64,000 nucleotides of DNA from Thermoplasmatota archaeon (GTDB lineage Archaea; Thermoplasmatota; SW-10-69-26; JACQPN01; JAJPHT01), in assembly GCA_035540375.1 (NCBI GenBank), contig DATLGO010000101.1, forward strand, positions 14,324-78,323, written 5' to 3'. A program made the position numbers and the translations under genes. The notes under the pieces are model-generated. The model ran no database searches and was not told the DNA's origin. It saw only the letters and a program-made list of their open reading frames with translations. Positions 52,778 to 61,837 of the stretch are shown here, in pieces. How positions within the stretch are numbered: the first letter of the stretch is position 1; each line of letters begins with the position of its first letter.

Positions 52778-54807
52778 CCGAAGACTTGTTCGCAGCACGC
52801 TGCGCCAAGCTACGCGATCTGACCGAGCAGCTTCGGCGGCTCGTTTCGACTATAGAGGCACTTCGTCCAAACGGCCTCCCAGCCGACTCCGAGGACTTCG
52901 CCCTCACCGGGACCCTTCGAGAGGCCACGCATGAAAACGAGCACTTCCTCCAAGTCAATGATCCGCTTACCCAAGACGCGAAAATGAGTCGGCTTCCGTG
53001 GGCAAAAACACGTCGCGAGCGAGAACTCGCCGAGAATATCGCGGCCACGAACGCAGCGATCATCAAGAGTGAGAAACTAATCGCCGCCGCCCAAAAGGGA
53101 ATTCGCAGACATCTGGAAAGGACTGAAGCCAGGATTGCCAACGCCGCCCGGACCCTCGAGCGGTCCGAGCAAGTCGTACCTGGCTCGCGCTGTGTCCCGC
53201 AACTAAAGGAAACGCTCGAGGCCGCCGCGAACGCTGCACGCCGCGTTCGCGAGGGACACGGAGACGTGGGGGAGTTGGCGCACCTCACAAGCCGAGTCAC
53301 CGAAGGAGTTTCCGGCCTCGATGCCGCCCTCACACTAATCGAGCTCACTCGCTCCGACGCAGCGAAGACCCCCGACCCTCTCGGTGCTGGTCAACGCTTC
53401 CTCGACACGCGGCTCGCGCGTCTACAAGCAGATTCCACGCCGGACGAGCTCCGTGCGAGCGCGACTTCACTCGAAGCCAGTTGGCGAACGGTGAAGGCCG
53501 ATTTCCTGCCGATTCTCACCCGATCCGACGCGGCGGCAGCTCACGCGATCACTGCGGTCGAGTCGCTACCAGGATCGCTCACCGACAACCTGCGCGAGAC
53601 TGCCCTCGCGCTCGCGAGGGAAGTAAAGGCGTTCGACCTCCAGAGTTTCAAACTGAAGAGCGCCCTCGCGACCGCGGAGTGGCTCGACGAAGCCGCGCGG
53701 CAAGCCCCACGCATCAGCGTCATTGCGAACGTCCCAGGCATCGAAGCGTCTCCGGAGTGGCGTACCCTGACGCGCGTCCTCGCCTCTCGCCACCCGCCAG
53801 CCGAAATTGAAGACGCCGTCCGCAAAGCCGAGGACCGGGCAGCGACCATCCAACGGAACTCTGCCGCGGAGCTGCAATTCAAAACAATCCTTGTTAGAGA
53901 ATCCGTGCCGAACGAGTTGGCGAAGGCGGTCGAATCGACAATCGTGCGTCTTTGGGCCCAATTTCCGGAAGCGACGAAAAGCGATGATGCCCAGTTGATT
54001 GAACCGATTTTCAGGGAGATTATTTCGAGCGCTCGCGAGGGCAAGGCATTCCTCATCGAACACGGGGTCGGCCAGTATGCGCCGAACCTGTTCGAAAGCA
54101 TGAACACCTTGCTTGAGCGCCTTCCACACGTTCGGGTGGGAGAAGCGCGGTCCATCTTGAACCGCATGAAGGAGCGAGTTCAACCTCTGCTTGAACTGGA
54201 TCTCGCCAAACGAAAGTTCGCGGCGATTGAGCGCGGCGTGAATAATGACATCTTCATCCAGATCGAAAATGGCATCCTGTCAGGTATCGACATCCAGGAT
54301 ATCCGAGTTGCAACAGAAGCTCTGGTTAAGCTCGCTGACCGATTCGCCAAAGCGCCGCCAGAAATGCTCGCCGAAGAGGAAGGTCGACGGGGCCTCGTCC
54401 GCGCCAACCTCAGCCCCACCCAGCGGAAGAACAGATACCTTTCCGCTCTGATCGAGAACACGCTTCCTGTATTAGCGCGTGACCCGGAACAACCTAAGCG
54501 GAACCGCGACTCGGACCGCGACCGGTTTATAGAGAAAACCTTCCCGATCTACTTCGATCGGGAGGTTCTCGCGGCATGTGTCGGCGCTCGCGGCCCGGCG
54601 GAGTTCGACGCTACCCTCATTCGCGCTCATTCCATCGGCTACGAGCAGTTTAGAGATCGGTTCTACTTCCACCGTGGCCGCGCACGAGCACAGTTCGCAA
54701 AGAACGGGCCTGACTCCGACGCGATCAAGAACCGGCTACGTAAGGAGTTTAGCATCCTCGACTACGAAGCCCTCCAAGAGTGGATCAACGAAGGTGAACC
54801 CAAGTGA
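52774..54807 (+). CDS. large (677 aa) predominantly alpha-helical hypothetical protein
   Basis: ATGA overlap with the upstream gene; no recognisable motifs; heptad-like charged helices. Confidence 0.5.
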   Translation: MTEDLFAARCAKLRDLTEQLRRLVSTIEALRPNGLPADSEDFALTGTLREATHENEHFLQVNDPLTQDAKMSRLPWAKTRRERELAENIAATNAAIIKSEKLIAAAQKGIRRHLERTEARIANAARTLERSEQVVPGSRCVPQLKETLEAAANAARRVREGHGDVGELAHLTSRVTEGVSGLDAALTLIELTRSDAAKTPDPLGAGQRFLDTRLARLQADSTPDELRASATSLEASWRTVKADFLPILTRSDAAAAHAITAVESLPGSLTDNLRETALALAREVKAFDLQSFKLKSALATAEWLDEAARQAPRISVIANVPGIEASPEWRTLTRVLASRHPPAEIEDAVRKAEDRAATIQRNSAAELQFKTILVRESVPNELAKAVESTIVRLWAQFPEATKSDDAQLIEPIFREIISSAREGKAFLIEHGVGQYAPNLFESMNTLLERLPHVRVGEARSILNRMKERVQPLLELDLAKRKFAAIERGVNNDIFIQIENGILSGIDIQDIRVATEALVKLADRFAKAPPEMLAEEEGRRGLVRANLSPTQRKNRYLSALIENTLPVLARDPEQPKRNRDSDRDRFIEKTFPIYFDREVLAACVGARGPAEFDATLIRAHSIGYEQFRDRFYFHRGRARAQFAKNGPDSDAIKNRLRKEFSILDYEALQEWINEGEPK

Positions 54808-56222
54808 CGCATAACGCCGTCATCATGATCGGCCACGGCGGCATTGGCCCAGGCCTTGAGTTCCTCAAGATCATCGACGAGGAACGCAAGCTCGCTGAGA
54901 AGACCGAAACCCAGTTCGTTGACACTTTCTTCCACGAGCTCGATTCGAAAGAAGCTACAAACGAAGGCATTGCCGAACTGGGCGGGACCGTGGTCCCCCG
55001 AGCGGTCGTATTCGATGCTTCCCACCAGACGCGCGTCAAACTGAAGAAGCAAATCAGGGATCAACAGATTCCCTACGTCCGCATCAGAGACCTCGGCCTG
55101 TTGACTCGAGGTTCCGAAAACCAGTGGTGGCTGGGATATCGCATTGCCGCCTTGCAGTTCGGCCCCTGGCTCGAGAACGCCCTCGGAAGTGGGCCGTCGG
55201 GTTGGGAGAACGTTCAGAACTTCCACATCTTCCACAGCACTGGCGGAGGAACTGGCTCTGGCGCATCCTCGTACGTTGCCGAGAAGATCCGTGAACTCCG
55301 GCCAGAGTCTAGAATTCTGTGCTACTCAGTCCTACCATCAGCATACGACGACGTGCACGGGGCCCCCCCACTCGCGCATTACAATACGATTCTGTCCCTC
55401 TCAACCCTGACAGGGCGCCAGCGACCCGAGTTCCTGCCCGACTTTCTCAGGACCGCAACAACCAGCAAAAAGGCAGCAGACCAGGTCGAACTGCCAAAGG
55501 TCGGGAAGCGGCGGCCGGCTGATCTCATCTTCGTGTTCCAAAACGAGGCCTTGGCAGGCGTGAACTCGTTGGTCACCCGCAAAGTCTCCGACAACCTGGG
55601 CGAGCTCAATACGATGATTGGCCGCTACGCATCGCATGTGACCTCGTGTGCGAGGTTTCCCGGCCCGCCGGGTTTCGATGATGAACGCGATATTGGAGAC
55701 ATTGTGACGTGCCTCCTTCGAAAGCCCCAACCATTCGTCATGGCAGCCGCGGCACCCATCGTCCCCGAGTATGAGAAAACCGACGACTCGTCGGTAACGG
55801 AACTCGTTGAGTATGCGCTGAGTTCCATCTATAGCCTGTCCGGGCGTGCTCTATCCCCCGGGGAAGTCGACAGTCTGTACGTCGGCGCCCGAGGCGATGT
55901 GACCCGTGACGAGATGGGAGTTGTTGTTGCAGACGCGCGCTCGCATTTAGGGGTCGGGAAGGAAGTGAAGGTCCCTTTTAACGGCTGCGTGCAACCTTCA
56001 CCCGGCGCCACGCGCGAACTCTGGCTCGCCGCGAATTGTCGGAGCATTGGTCACCTTCTCGGCGAGCTCACCGAGGAAGCCCAGAAGGAGTATGTTGCCG
56101 GCGACCACTCCGATCTCGTCACCGTCGCTATGGAATGGAAGGAACTTGATAGCGTCCTCACTACGTTCCAGGGATTCGCAACCTCTATCCAAAGGGGGGA
56201 ATTGGGACGCCGGCGCAGCTAA
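54804..56222 (+). CDS. divergent tubulin/FtsZ-superfamily GTPase
   Basis: Exact tubulin signature FHSTGGGTGSGASSYVAEKI (T4 loop); glycine-rich N-terminus VIMIGHGGIGPGLEF (T1-like); AVVFDASHQ (T2/NTDxQ-like); LAHYNTILSL (T6-like). No canonical T7 NxDxxD/E. 4-nt overlap with the upstream gene. Confidence 0.6.
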   Translation: MTHNAVIMIGHGGIGPGLEFLKIIDEERKLAEKTETQFVDTFFHELDSKEATNEGIAELGGTVVPRAVVFDASHQTRVKLKKQIRDQQIPYVRIRDLGLLTRGSENQWWLGYRIAALQFGPWLENALGSGPSGWENVQNFHIFHSTGGGTGSGASSYVAEKIRELRPESRILCYSVLPSAYDDVHGAPPLAHYNTILSLSTLTGRQRPEFLPDFLRTATTSKKAADQVELPKVGKRRPADLIFVFQNEALAGVNSLVTRKVSDNLGELNTMIGRYASHVTSCARFPGPPGFDDERDIGDIVTCLLRKPQPFVMAAAAPIVPEYEKTDDSSVTELVEYALSSIYSLSGRALSPGEVDSLYVGARGDVTRDEMGVVVADARSHLGVGKEVKVPFNGCVQPSPGATRELWLAANCRSIGHLLGELTEEAQKEYVAGDHSDLVTVAMEWKELDSVLTTFQGFATSIQRGELGRRRS

Positions 56223-56287
56223 ACGATGATGCGGAGCGGACACTCGACGCTATTAGGCTCGAACGAATCCTAATCGGCGCACTCGCT

Positions 56288-57721
56288 TTGCCGACCCCCT
56301 ATACGTCAATTGGGGACATCGCCACGATCCAATGGGATTTCCTCCTATCTCAATCTCCGAAAGCGATCTCTGCCTCCCGATTGGTAACCCTTAGAAGACG
56401 CGCGAAGTGGAAAATGCGACAGCCTTTCGCGCGGAGGAAGAGGCGCGTGCAACGAGCTCTCGAGTTCTTCACGCCCGCCGTTCGGAATGAGTTTGTGAAA
56501 CAGGGCATAGAAATCGCCGCCCGCATCCTCGGCGCCGAACCGACGTCGCTGCCCCCGGATCTGGAGTTTCGAACCTCAAGTACAATTCGGGAGGAGATCG
56601 CTGCATATCGTAAGGGCTCCCCTAAGCGATGGGCCTCGATCGCCGCACTACGACTCGTCAGCATCGGCGCCAAGGTCCAAATGGAGCGCAGTCGCCCAAG
56701 AGCCGGCGCGAGCTCCAGCAGTGCACAAGTTGAAGGAGAGCTCGTTCGGGCGCAGAAGGCGCACGCAGTTGTAACAAGCGAACTCGCGCGCGTACAGAAC
56801 CTGTATGCAAGCCTCCGTACACAGCACGACGCATTGTGCAGGGTGACTGCGGATGCGCTTCGAGCCCTTGCTCCGGGCGGTCCATGGCAAGACCCGAACG
56901 ACCTCCCAGACGCCGCGCGCCAAGTGCGCAGCGATCTCGAAACGACGACAAGCGAGTTGCAAAGCACGCGAATCCGCCTTTCGGAAACGGATCTGAAGCG
57001 CCAACGTCTCGAGGAAGACCTCCGTCGTAAGGAGGATGCGGCGCGCGCTGCGGCACGTGCACTCGCGGAAGTCAACATCCGCGTTCCGAATGCCGAACAA
57101 GGTATCGAGGCGATTAACGCAGAATTGATGCGCGTGGCATCGGAGGCGCGACAGGCTCGCGGGTGGGCGCCAACGGATCTCGCTGCGTCTATCCGTCCGT
57201 TCATCGCCTTTCACGCCTCCGCCACCAACGCGGACCTTCAGCTCTTACGCTCGGATCTTTCGTTATGGCTCGATCGCGACGTTCAACATGGCCGGCGCCA
57301 GTATGCCTTGTTCGCTCCATTCGCACGCGTTCTCCTACTCTTGCTGGATGAAGCAATGAAGAGTAACGACGCCGCATTAATTGAGACCGTCCGGGCGACC
57401 GCGGCACAGTTCGCGAACATCGAGGCCGATAGCACGCAATTTCTGGGCGGCCGCCCCCCCGAGGAATGGGGATTTACCACTGATGCTATTGCCGTCGCAG
57501 CATTGGGCAGGCCGGGCAGCGTGAAAGAAGTGGAACGTGCGTGCACGGAACTGCGAATGGCGGGAATTTCAGACTTCTTTGACGCGTGGCTTGCGGAGAT
57601 CGAGAAGGTCGAAATGACCAGCGCGGCTGGGCAACGCACTGCTGGCGCCCTTGCACGCGTCGAGCTCGCGCTCCTCGCGCTTCCAAGCGTCCAGAAATAC
57701 GCCCGACGAGGGCTAGGGTAA
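56288..57721 (+). CDS. hypothetical coiled-coil protein (477 aa)
   Basis: Long helical, heptad-rich central region (…LQSTRIRLSETDLKRQRLEEDLRRKEDAARAAARALAEV…). Confidence 0.45.
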   Translation: MPTPYTSIGDIATIQWDFLLSQSPKAISASRLVTLRRRAKWKMRQPFARRKRRVQRALEFFTPAVRNEFVKQGIEIAARILGAEPTSLPPDLEFRTSSTIREEIAAYRKGSPKRWASIAALRLVSIGAKVQMERSRPRAGASSSSAQVEGELVRAQKAHAVVTSELARVQNLYASLRTQHDALCRVTADALRALAPGGPWQDPNDLPDAARQVRSDLETTTSELQSTRIRLSETDLKRQRLEEDLRRKEDAARAAARALAEVNIRVPNAEQGIEAINAELMRVASEARQARGWAPTDLAASIRPFIAFHASATNADLQLLRSDLSLWLDRDVQHGRRQYALFAPFARVLLLLLDEAMKSNDAALIETVRATAAQFANIEADSTQFLGGRPPEEWGFTTDAIAVAALGRPGSVKEVERACTELRMAGISDFFDAWLAEIEKVEMTSAAGQRTAGALARVELALLALPSVQKYARRGLG

Positions 57722-57734
57722 GGAGGGAACGGAC

Positions 57735-58184
57735 ATGGCAGCACAGAACACATCAAGAGACGCATCGAAAACACTTGGACGCGGAGTCCTGATCATGGCG
57801 GGTGTCGCGATCGTACTCCTCATCGGCGCGGCGACTGGCCTCCTCGTCATCCCGAATATCTTTGGTAACTGGTTCACGGACGTCAATGCGGCGCTTCGCT
57901 TCCTGATGTTCTTCGAAATCATCGTATTTATCGCCGGCTGTATCGGCTTCTACTACCTCGCAAATCGGTTCCGGCGCGTGTGGGCTGACGCGGAACTCCT
58001 CCGACTACAGCAGAAGGAAGCGACGATCCGAGTCCAAGAGGCTTTGTCCGCCTTCCAACAGGCCATGAAGGAACTCGAAGCCGCCCGTCATCAACGTCCC
58101 GACCGGCCAGCGGAGATTTCGCCCCTTGCCCCCCGCGTCGGGGCGCTCGAAGCGGCGCTGGCTGAGCTCCGAGCGAAGATCTAA
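57735..58184 (+). CDS. small membrane protein with a C-terminal coiled coil
   Basis: Two TM helices (…VLIMAGVAIVLLIGAATGLLVIP… and FLMFFEIIVFIAGCIGFYYL), then a helical tail. Confidence 0.45.
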   Translation: MAAQNTSRDASKTLGRGVLIMAGVAIVLLIGAATGLLVIPNIFGNWFTDVNAALRFLMFFEIIVFIAGCIGFYYLANRFRRVWADAELLRLQQKEATIRVQEALSAFQQAMKELEAARHQRPDRPAEISPLAPRVGALEAALAELRAKI

Positions 58185-58189
58185 CCACG

Positions 58190-58356
58190 TCGAAGCGCAC
58201 GGTCGCGATCGAAGTCTGACCCGCCTCGTTGCCGGCTTCGAAGGTGGCCGTCACCTCGCCCGCCGAGCGATAGACGTGCTCGAAGGTGGGCGAGGCCTGC
58301 CAGGACGTCGCCTCACCGTCTCCCCACGCGGCGCGCCATTTCGTCGCGGGACCCAT
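58190..58356 (-). pseudogene. remnant of a PKD-domain protein gene at the right edge of the island
   Basis: Minus-strand translation gives …WGDGEATSWQASPTFEHVYRSAGEVTATFEAGNEAGQTSIATVRFDVV (PKD C-terminal pattern). The upstream frame is junk, so the gene is truncated. Confidence 0.25.
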
Positions 58357-58519
58357 GGCTCCGGGACGGGTCGGAAGATCGACGCGGACGTTCGCACCGG
58401 GGGCGGGATAGCGCGAGCCGACGGTCGCCTCGTGCGCGATCGAGGCTCCGGTGCGCGTACGATTGCCGTGTCGCTGCAGAATCTCGATTCCGAGGCGGAT
58501 CTCACGACCCTTGAACCCT

Positions 58520-59512
58520 TTACCCGGTTTTCCCGAAGGCCGGAACGACGCCCACGTAATCCTGGCTCTGACCGTATGCGCCGCCGCGGTTCCCGGTGCA
58601 CTCGACCGAACCCCATCGCAGGAGAACGCACGTACCGCCCCCGCCCGCGCTCACGGCGACCGCGTCGGAGCCGGCGTAGTCCTCGGCGGGGTCGTGGGCG
58701 CCATAACAGTGGATCCGGCCGGAGGCGACGAGCACGCACGTATGGAGACCGCCGGCGCTCACCGCGATCGCATCGCCGCCGAGGTAGTCCCCGACCTGTC
58801 CGTACGGGCCCGACCCGCGGCAGTCGACGTTGCCGGACCGAAGGAGGATGCAGGTGTAGGCGTTCGCCGCGCTGATGGCCACGGCGTCGCCGCCCAGGTA
58901 ATCGTCGCCCTCGCCCCAGCGGTTCGAGCCCCAGCAATCGACGTTTCCCGAGGCGAGGAGCGCGCACGTGTGCGACGCGCCGAGGCTCACGGCGACCGCG
59001 TCGCCCCCTTGGTAGGGTTCGGACTTGCCATCGTGATTGTGTCCCCAGCAGCGCACGTTGCCCGCATCCGTGAGAACGCACGTGTGGTTGCTCGCCGCAT
59101 CGATGGCGACCGCGTCGCCTCCGACGTCATCCTCCGAGGCGCCCTGACGCCACGCCCCGAAGCAGTCGACGTGGCCGCTTCGAAGCAGGATGCACGCGTA
59201 ATGCGCGCCCGCGCTCACGGCGACGGCATCCCCTTCGGAACGATCCTGCGTCTGCCCATAGGCGCTGTAACCATAGCAGTCCACGTCGCCGCTTGCGAGG
59301 AGGACGCAGGTGCTGTGGGACCCGACGGACACCGCGGTCGCCGCGAAGGCGCCCACGCAGATCTGGCCGTCCGACGGCGGAAGCCCGAGGAACGGACCGT
59401 TCGCGCCCTCGACGTAGTCCAACCGGCACACCGAGAGCGTCTCGGGGCTCGCGCCTCCGACCGGCATGAAGGCGGGCGCGACGAGCACGAGGACCGCGGC
59501 GAGTCGGAGCAT
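58520..59512 (-). CDS. secreted RCC1-repeat beta-propeller protein
   Basis: Signal peptide MLRLAAVLVLVAPAFMPVGGASP. At least six repeats of the RCC1 type (…GGDAVAVSxGxxHTCxLLxSGNVDCWGxN…GQ…). Confidence 0.7.
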   Translation of the reverse strand: MLRLAAVLVLVAPAFMPVGGASPETLSVCRLDYVEGANGPFLGLPPSDGQICVGAFAATAVSVGSHSTCVLLASGDVDCYGYSAYGQTQDRSEGDAVAVSAGAHYACILLRSGHVDCFGAWRQGASEDDVGGDAVAIDAASNHTCVLTDAGNVRCWGHNHDGKSEPYQGGDAVAVSLGASHTCALLASGNVDCWGSNRWGEGDDYLGGDAVAISAANAYTCILLRSGNVDCRGSGPYGQVGDYLGGDAIAVSAGGLHTCVLVASGRIHCYGAHDPAEDYAGSDAVAVSAGGGGTCVLLRWGSVECTGNRGGAYGQSQDYVGVVPAFGKTG

Positions 59513-59684
59513 GCAACCCCGCCCATCCACGGCGAAGGGCGCGGATGAGCTTTGCCGGGACAGGGTCTTTCGCGACCCGTCGACGTTTTCGTCGTCCCGT
59601 CGTCGCGACCGCTCCGGGTTTTTACTCCCGGGAGGCGTCCCGAAGCGAAAGTGGTTATGTACCCGCGGGCGCCTCATCCGCCCC

Positions 59685-60479
59685 ATGGCCGACTTCAAGC
59701 TCATCAAGACGAAGCTCGAGGACAACAACGCCATCGGCGTCCTCACGCTCAACGCGCCCCCCGTGAATGCGCTCTCGATCACGCTCCTCAAGGAGATCCA
59801 GGCCGCCCTCGACGAGTTCCAGAAGGCCAAGGTCCGCGCGGTCGTCGTCACGGCCGCGGGCAACAACGCCTTCTGCGCCGGCGCGGACGTGAAGGAGATG
59901 GCCTCGCTCGAGAAGGACCCCGCGAAGGCCGGCGAGTTCCTCGGCCTCGGCAACGAGGTCTTCAACAAGATCGAGAACTTCAACGCCCCCGTCATCGCGG
60001 CCATCAACAACCTGACGCTCGGCGGCGGCCTTGAGCTCGCGCTCGCATGCGACGTCCGCATCTCCTCCGACCGCGCGCGCTTCGGCCTCCCCGAAGTGAG
60101 CCTCGGCCTCATCCCCGCCTGGGGCGGCATCGCGCGCCTTCCGCGCCTCATCGGCGTGGGCCGCGCGAAGGAGCTCATCTTCACCGGCCAGCTCGTGAAC
60201 GCCCAGGAGGCGAAGACACTCGGCATCCTCAACAAGGTCGTCCCGGACGGCGACGAGCTGCGCGCCGCGATGGACATCGCGAAGCGCATCAGCGTCAAGT
60301 CGAGCCCGGTCGCGGTCGCCGCCGCGAAGCGCGCGATCAACGCGGGCATGGGGGAGACGATCGACGTCGCCCTCGCCGCGAGCGAGAAGGAGATGGGCGA
60401 GGTCATGACGAGCGAGGATCTGCGCGAAGGCATCAAGGCGTTCACGGAGAAGCGCCAGCCGAGCTTCAAGGGGCAGTGA
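59685..60479 (+). CDS. enoyl-CoA hydratase (crotonase family)
   Basis: …AVVVTAAGNNAFCAGADVKEM… and …LTLGGGLELALACDVRISS… oxyanion-hole and catalytic segments. Confidence 0.85.
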   Translation: MADFKLIKTKLEDNNAIGVLTLNAPPVNALSITLLKEIQAALDEFQKAKVRAVVVTAAGNNAFCAGADVKEMASLEKDPAKAGEFLGLGNEVFNKIENFNAPVIAAINNLTLGGGLELALACDVRISSDRARFGLPEVSLGLIPAWGGIARLPRLIGVGRAKELIFTGQLVNAQEAKTLGILNKVVPDGDELRAAMDIAKRISVKSSPVAVAAAKRAINAGMGETIDVALAASEKEMGEVMTSEDLREGIKAFTEKRQPSFKGQ

Positions 60480-60507
60480 AGTTCGGGGCCTTACAGCGGT
60501 GCACTCC

Positions 60508-60642
60508 GTGGCGCGCGTTTCACACCGAAGGTCCCGCTGCGGCGGGACCTTCGGCGCGCGCCACTCCGTGCCAGAGGAGGGGCGCTTCGCGCGCCCCTCC
60601 TCTGGACTCCTCCCCCAGCGCCAGGGGGCTGCCGCCCCCTGG
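60508..60642 (+). terminator. cluster of strong GC hairpins downstream of crt: a nested 10-bp outer stem, an 11-bp hairpin, a 13-bp hairpin and a 9-bp hairpin
   Basis: Outer stem gtggcgcgcg(60508-17)/cgcgcgccac(60555-64). Hairpin GAAGGTCCCGC-tgcg-GCGGGACCTTC (60527-52). Hairpin AGAGGAGGGGCGC-ttcgc-GCGCCCCTCCTCT (60573-603). Hairpin CCAGGGGGC-tgcc-GCCCCCTGG (60621-42). Confidence 0.45.
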
Positions 60643-61045
60643 ACCCCCATCCAGACCCGCGTTTGATTCTCGAACCACGTTACCTACCTTACGCGCGCCC
60701 TTCGCGTGCGGTGCGGGGGCCCTCAGGGCTGCCTCTCGCGACAGTGAAATTGTGAAACCCGGGCGCGATCACCGGCTGCGGTCCCGCACCCGGTCCCGAC
60801 ACCCGAGCCCCGATGTCACGAGGCGCCCTTGATACCACGGCCGCGTCGCGCGATCGCAGTCGTCGCGCGCGCCGCGCCGCGGGCGTGCGCTGCTCCGGCG
60901 TTTGTTCCAGGGCGAGGTTGAAGGGTCACGGACGCGGGGCCGCGCGCGTCACGCGGCGCACTCGTTCCATCGGCCGCACAGGGCGATGCTCGGACGATAT
61001 GAAGTAGCGAGAGAGTACAAAACCTCTAGAGACGTTGAGGGGCGC

Positions 61046-61837
61046 GTGAGCGGACCACTGTCCACGCTGGCGGAGCATTTCCGCCGCGTCGCGAGCGTCC
61101 CCGAGGACGTCGTCGAGGAGGCGCGCACAAACGGCCTCGTCGCGTGGAGCCCGGCCGCCGCCAACGAGGCGGTCGTCGAGGAGTTCCTCGTCCGCTACGG
61201 CGCGCGCGCGTCCCCCGGAGGGGTCGTGTTCCTCGCGGGAACGCCGGGCCTGCGCGCCGCCGAGTCCACCGGGCTCCCGCTCGTCGACGCGCGCGTGGCG
61301 CGCGACGTGCTCGACCTCTCGAAGGTGTCGGGCGACACCCTGGACGTCTCGGCGCAGCGCTTCTGGTCCGTGCTCACCGACGTGCGCGCCCGCGTTGCGG
61401 CGCCGTGGGAGCCGTTCTTCGCGACGGCCCAGGTGCTTGACGTTTGCCCATACGCTTTCACGAGCGCGGACCGTCGGCCCGCGCCGCTGCCGCGCGCGCT
61501 CCCCGTGGAGCTTCCGCGAGCGTACGAGGCCGGCCTCGCCGAGCTCGCGCGCGTCCTCCGGGCGCTGCGTCCCACGACGCTCGTCGCCCTCGGCGAGCTC
61601 GCCTACGCGGCGGTGTCCGACCTCGCCGGGAACCGCCGGGCGCTCCTCGGCGCCGCGGGCCTCGACTACTCGGCGTTCGTCCTTTCGCGCACCTGGGGCG
61701 CGCCCGGGGCCCCCTATCCGTGGGCCGACCTCGGGTCGTTCCGCGCGCGCGTCGTCCCCCTCGGCGAGCCCCGCTCCGCGCTCTTCCCCCACGCGGCCGT
61801 GAGCCTCGCCGGCCTCGCGGCGGACTGCTGGACCTAA
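61046..61837 (+). CDS. uracil-DNA-glycosylase-superfamily-like protein (tentative)
   Basis: …GVVFLAGTPGLRAAESTGLPLVD… loosely resembles the UDG family 4/5 motif GE(A)PG…G.PF.G. GTG start chosen. Confidence 0.4.
   Translation: MSGPLSTLAEHFRRVASVPEDVVEEARTNGLVAWSPAAANEAVVEEFLVRYGARASPGGVVFLAGTPGLRAAESTGLPLVDARVARDVLDLSKVSGDTLDVSAQRFWSVLTDVRARVAAPWEPFFATAQVLDVCPYAFTSADRRPAPLPRALPVELPRAYEAGLAELARVLRALRPTTLVALGELAYAAVSDLAGNRRALLGAAGLDYSAFVLSRTWGAPGAPYPWADLGSFRARVVPLGEPRSALFPHAAVSLAGLAADCWT

Larger units (their letters stand above)
47400..58520. mobile_element. ~11-kb lower-GC genomic island inserted between hbd and the crotonase gene; two divergent operons of unknown function; no integrase
   Basis: GC drops from ~70% to about 55-60% by eye (spot count ~55% around 53.0 kb), and codons such as aaa/att/cta/tta appear. 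The flanking genes hbd and crt are functionally linked. The right edge carries a PKD-domain gene remnant. Confidence 0.45.
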
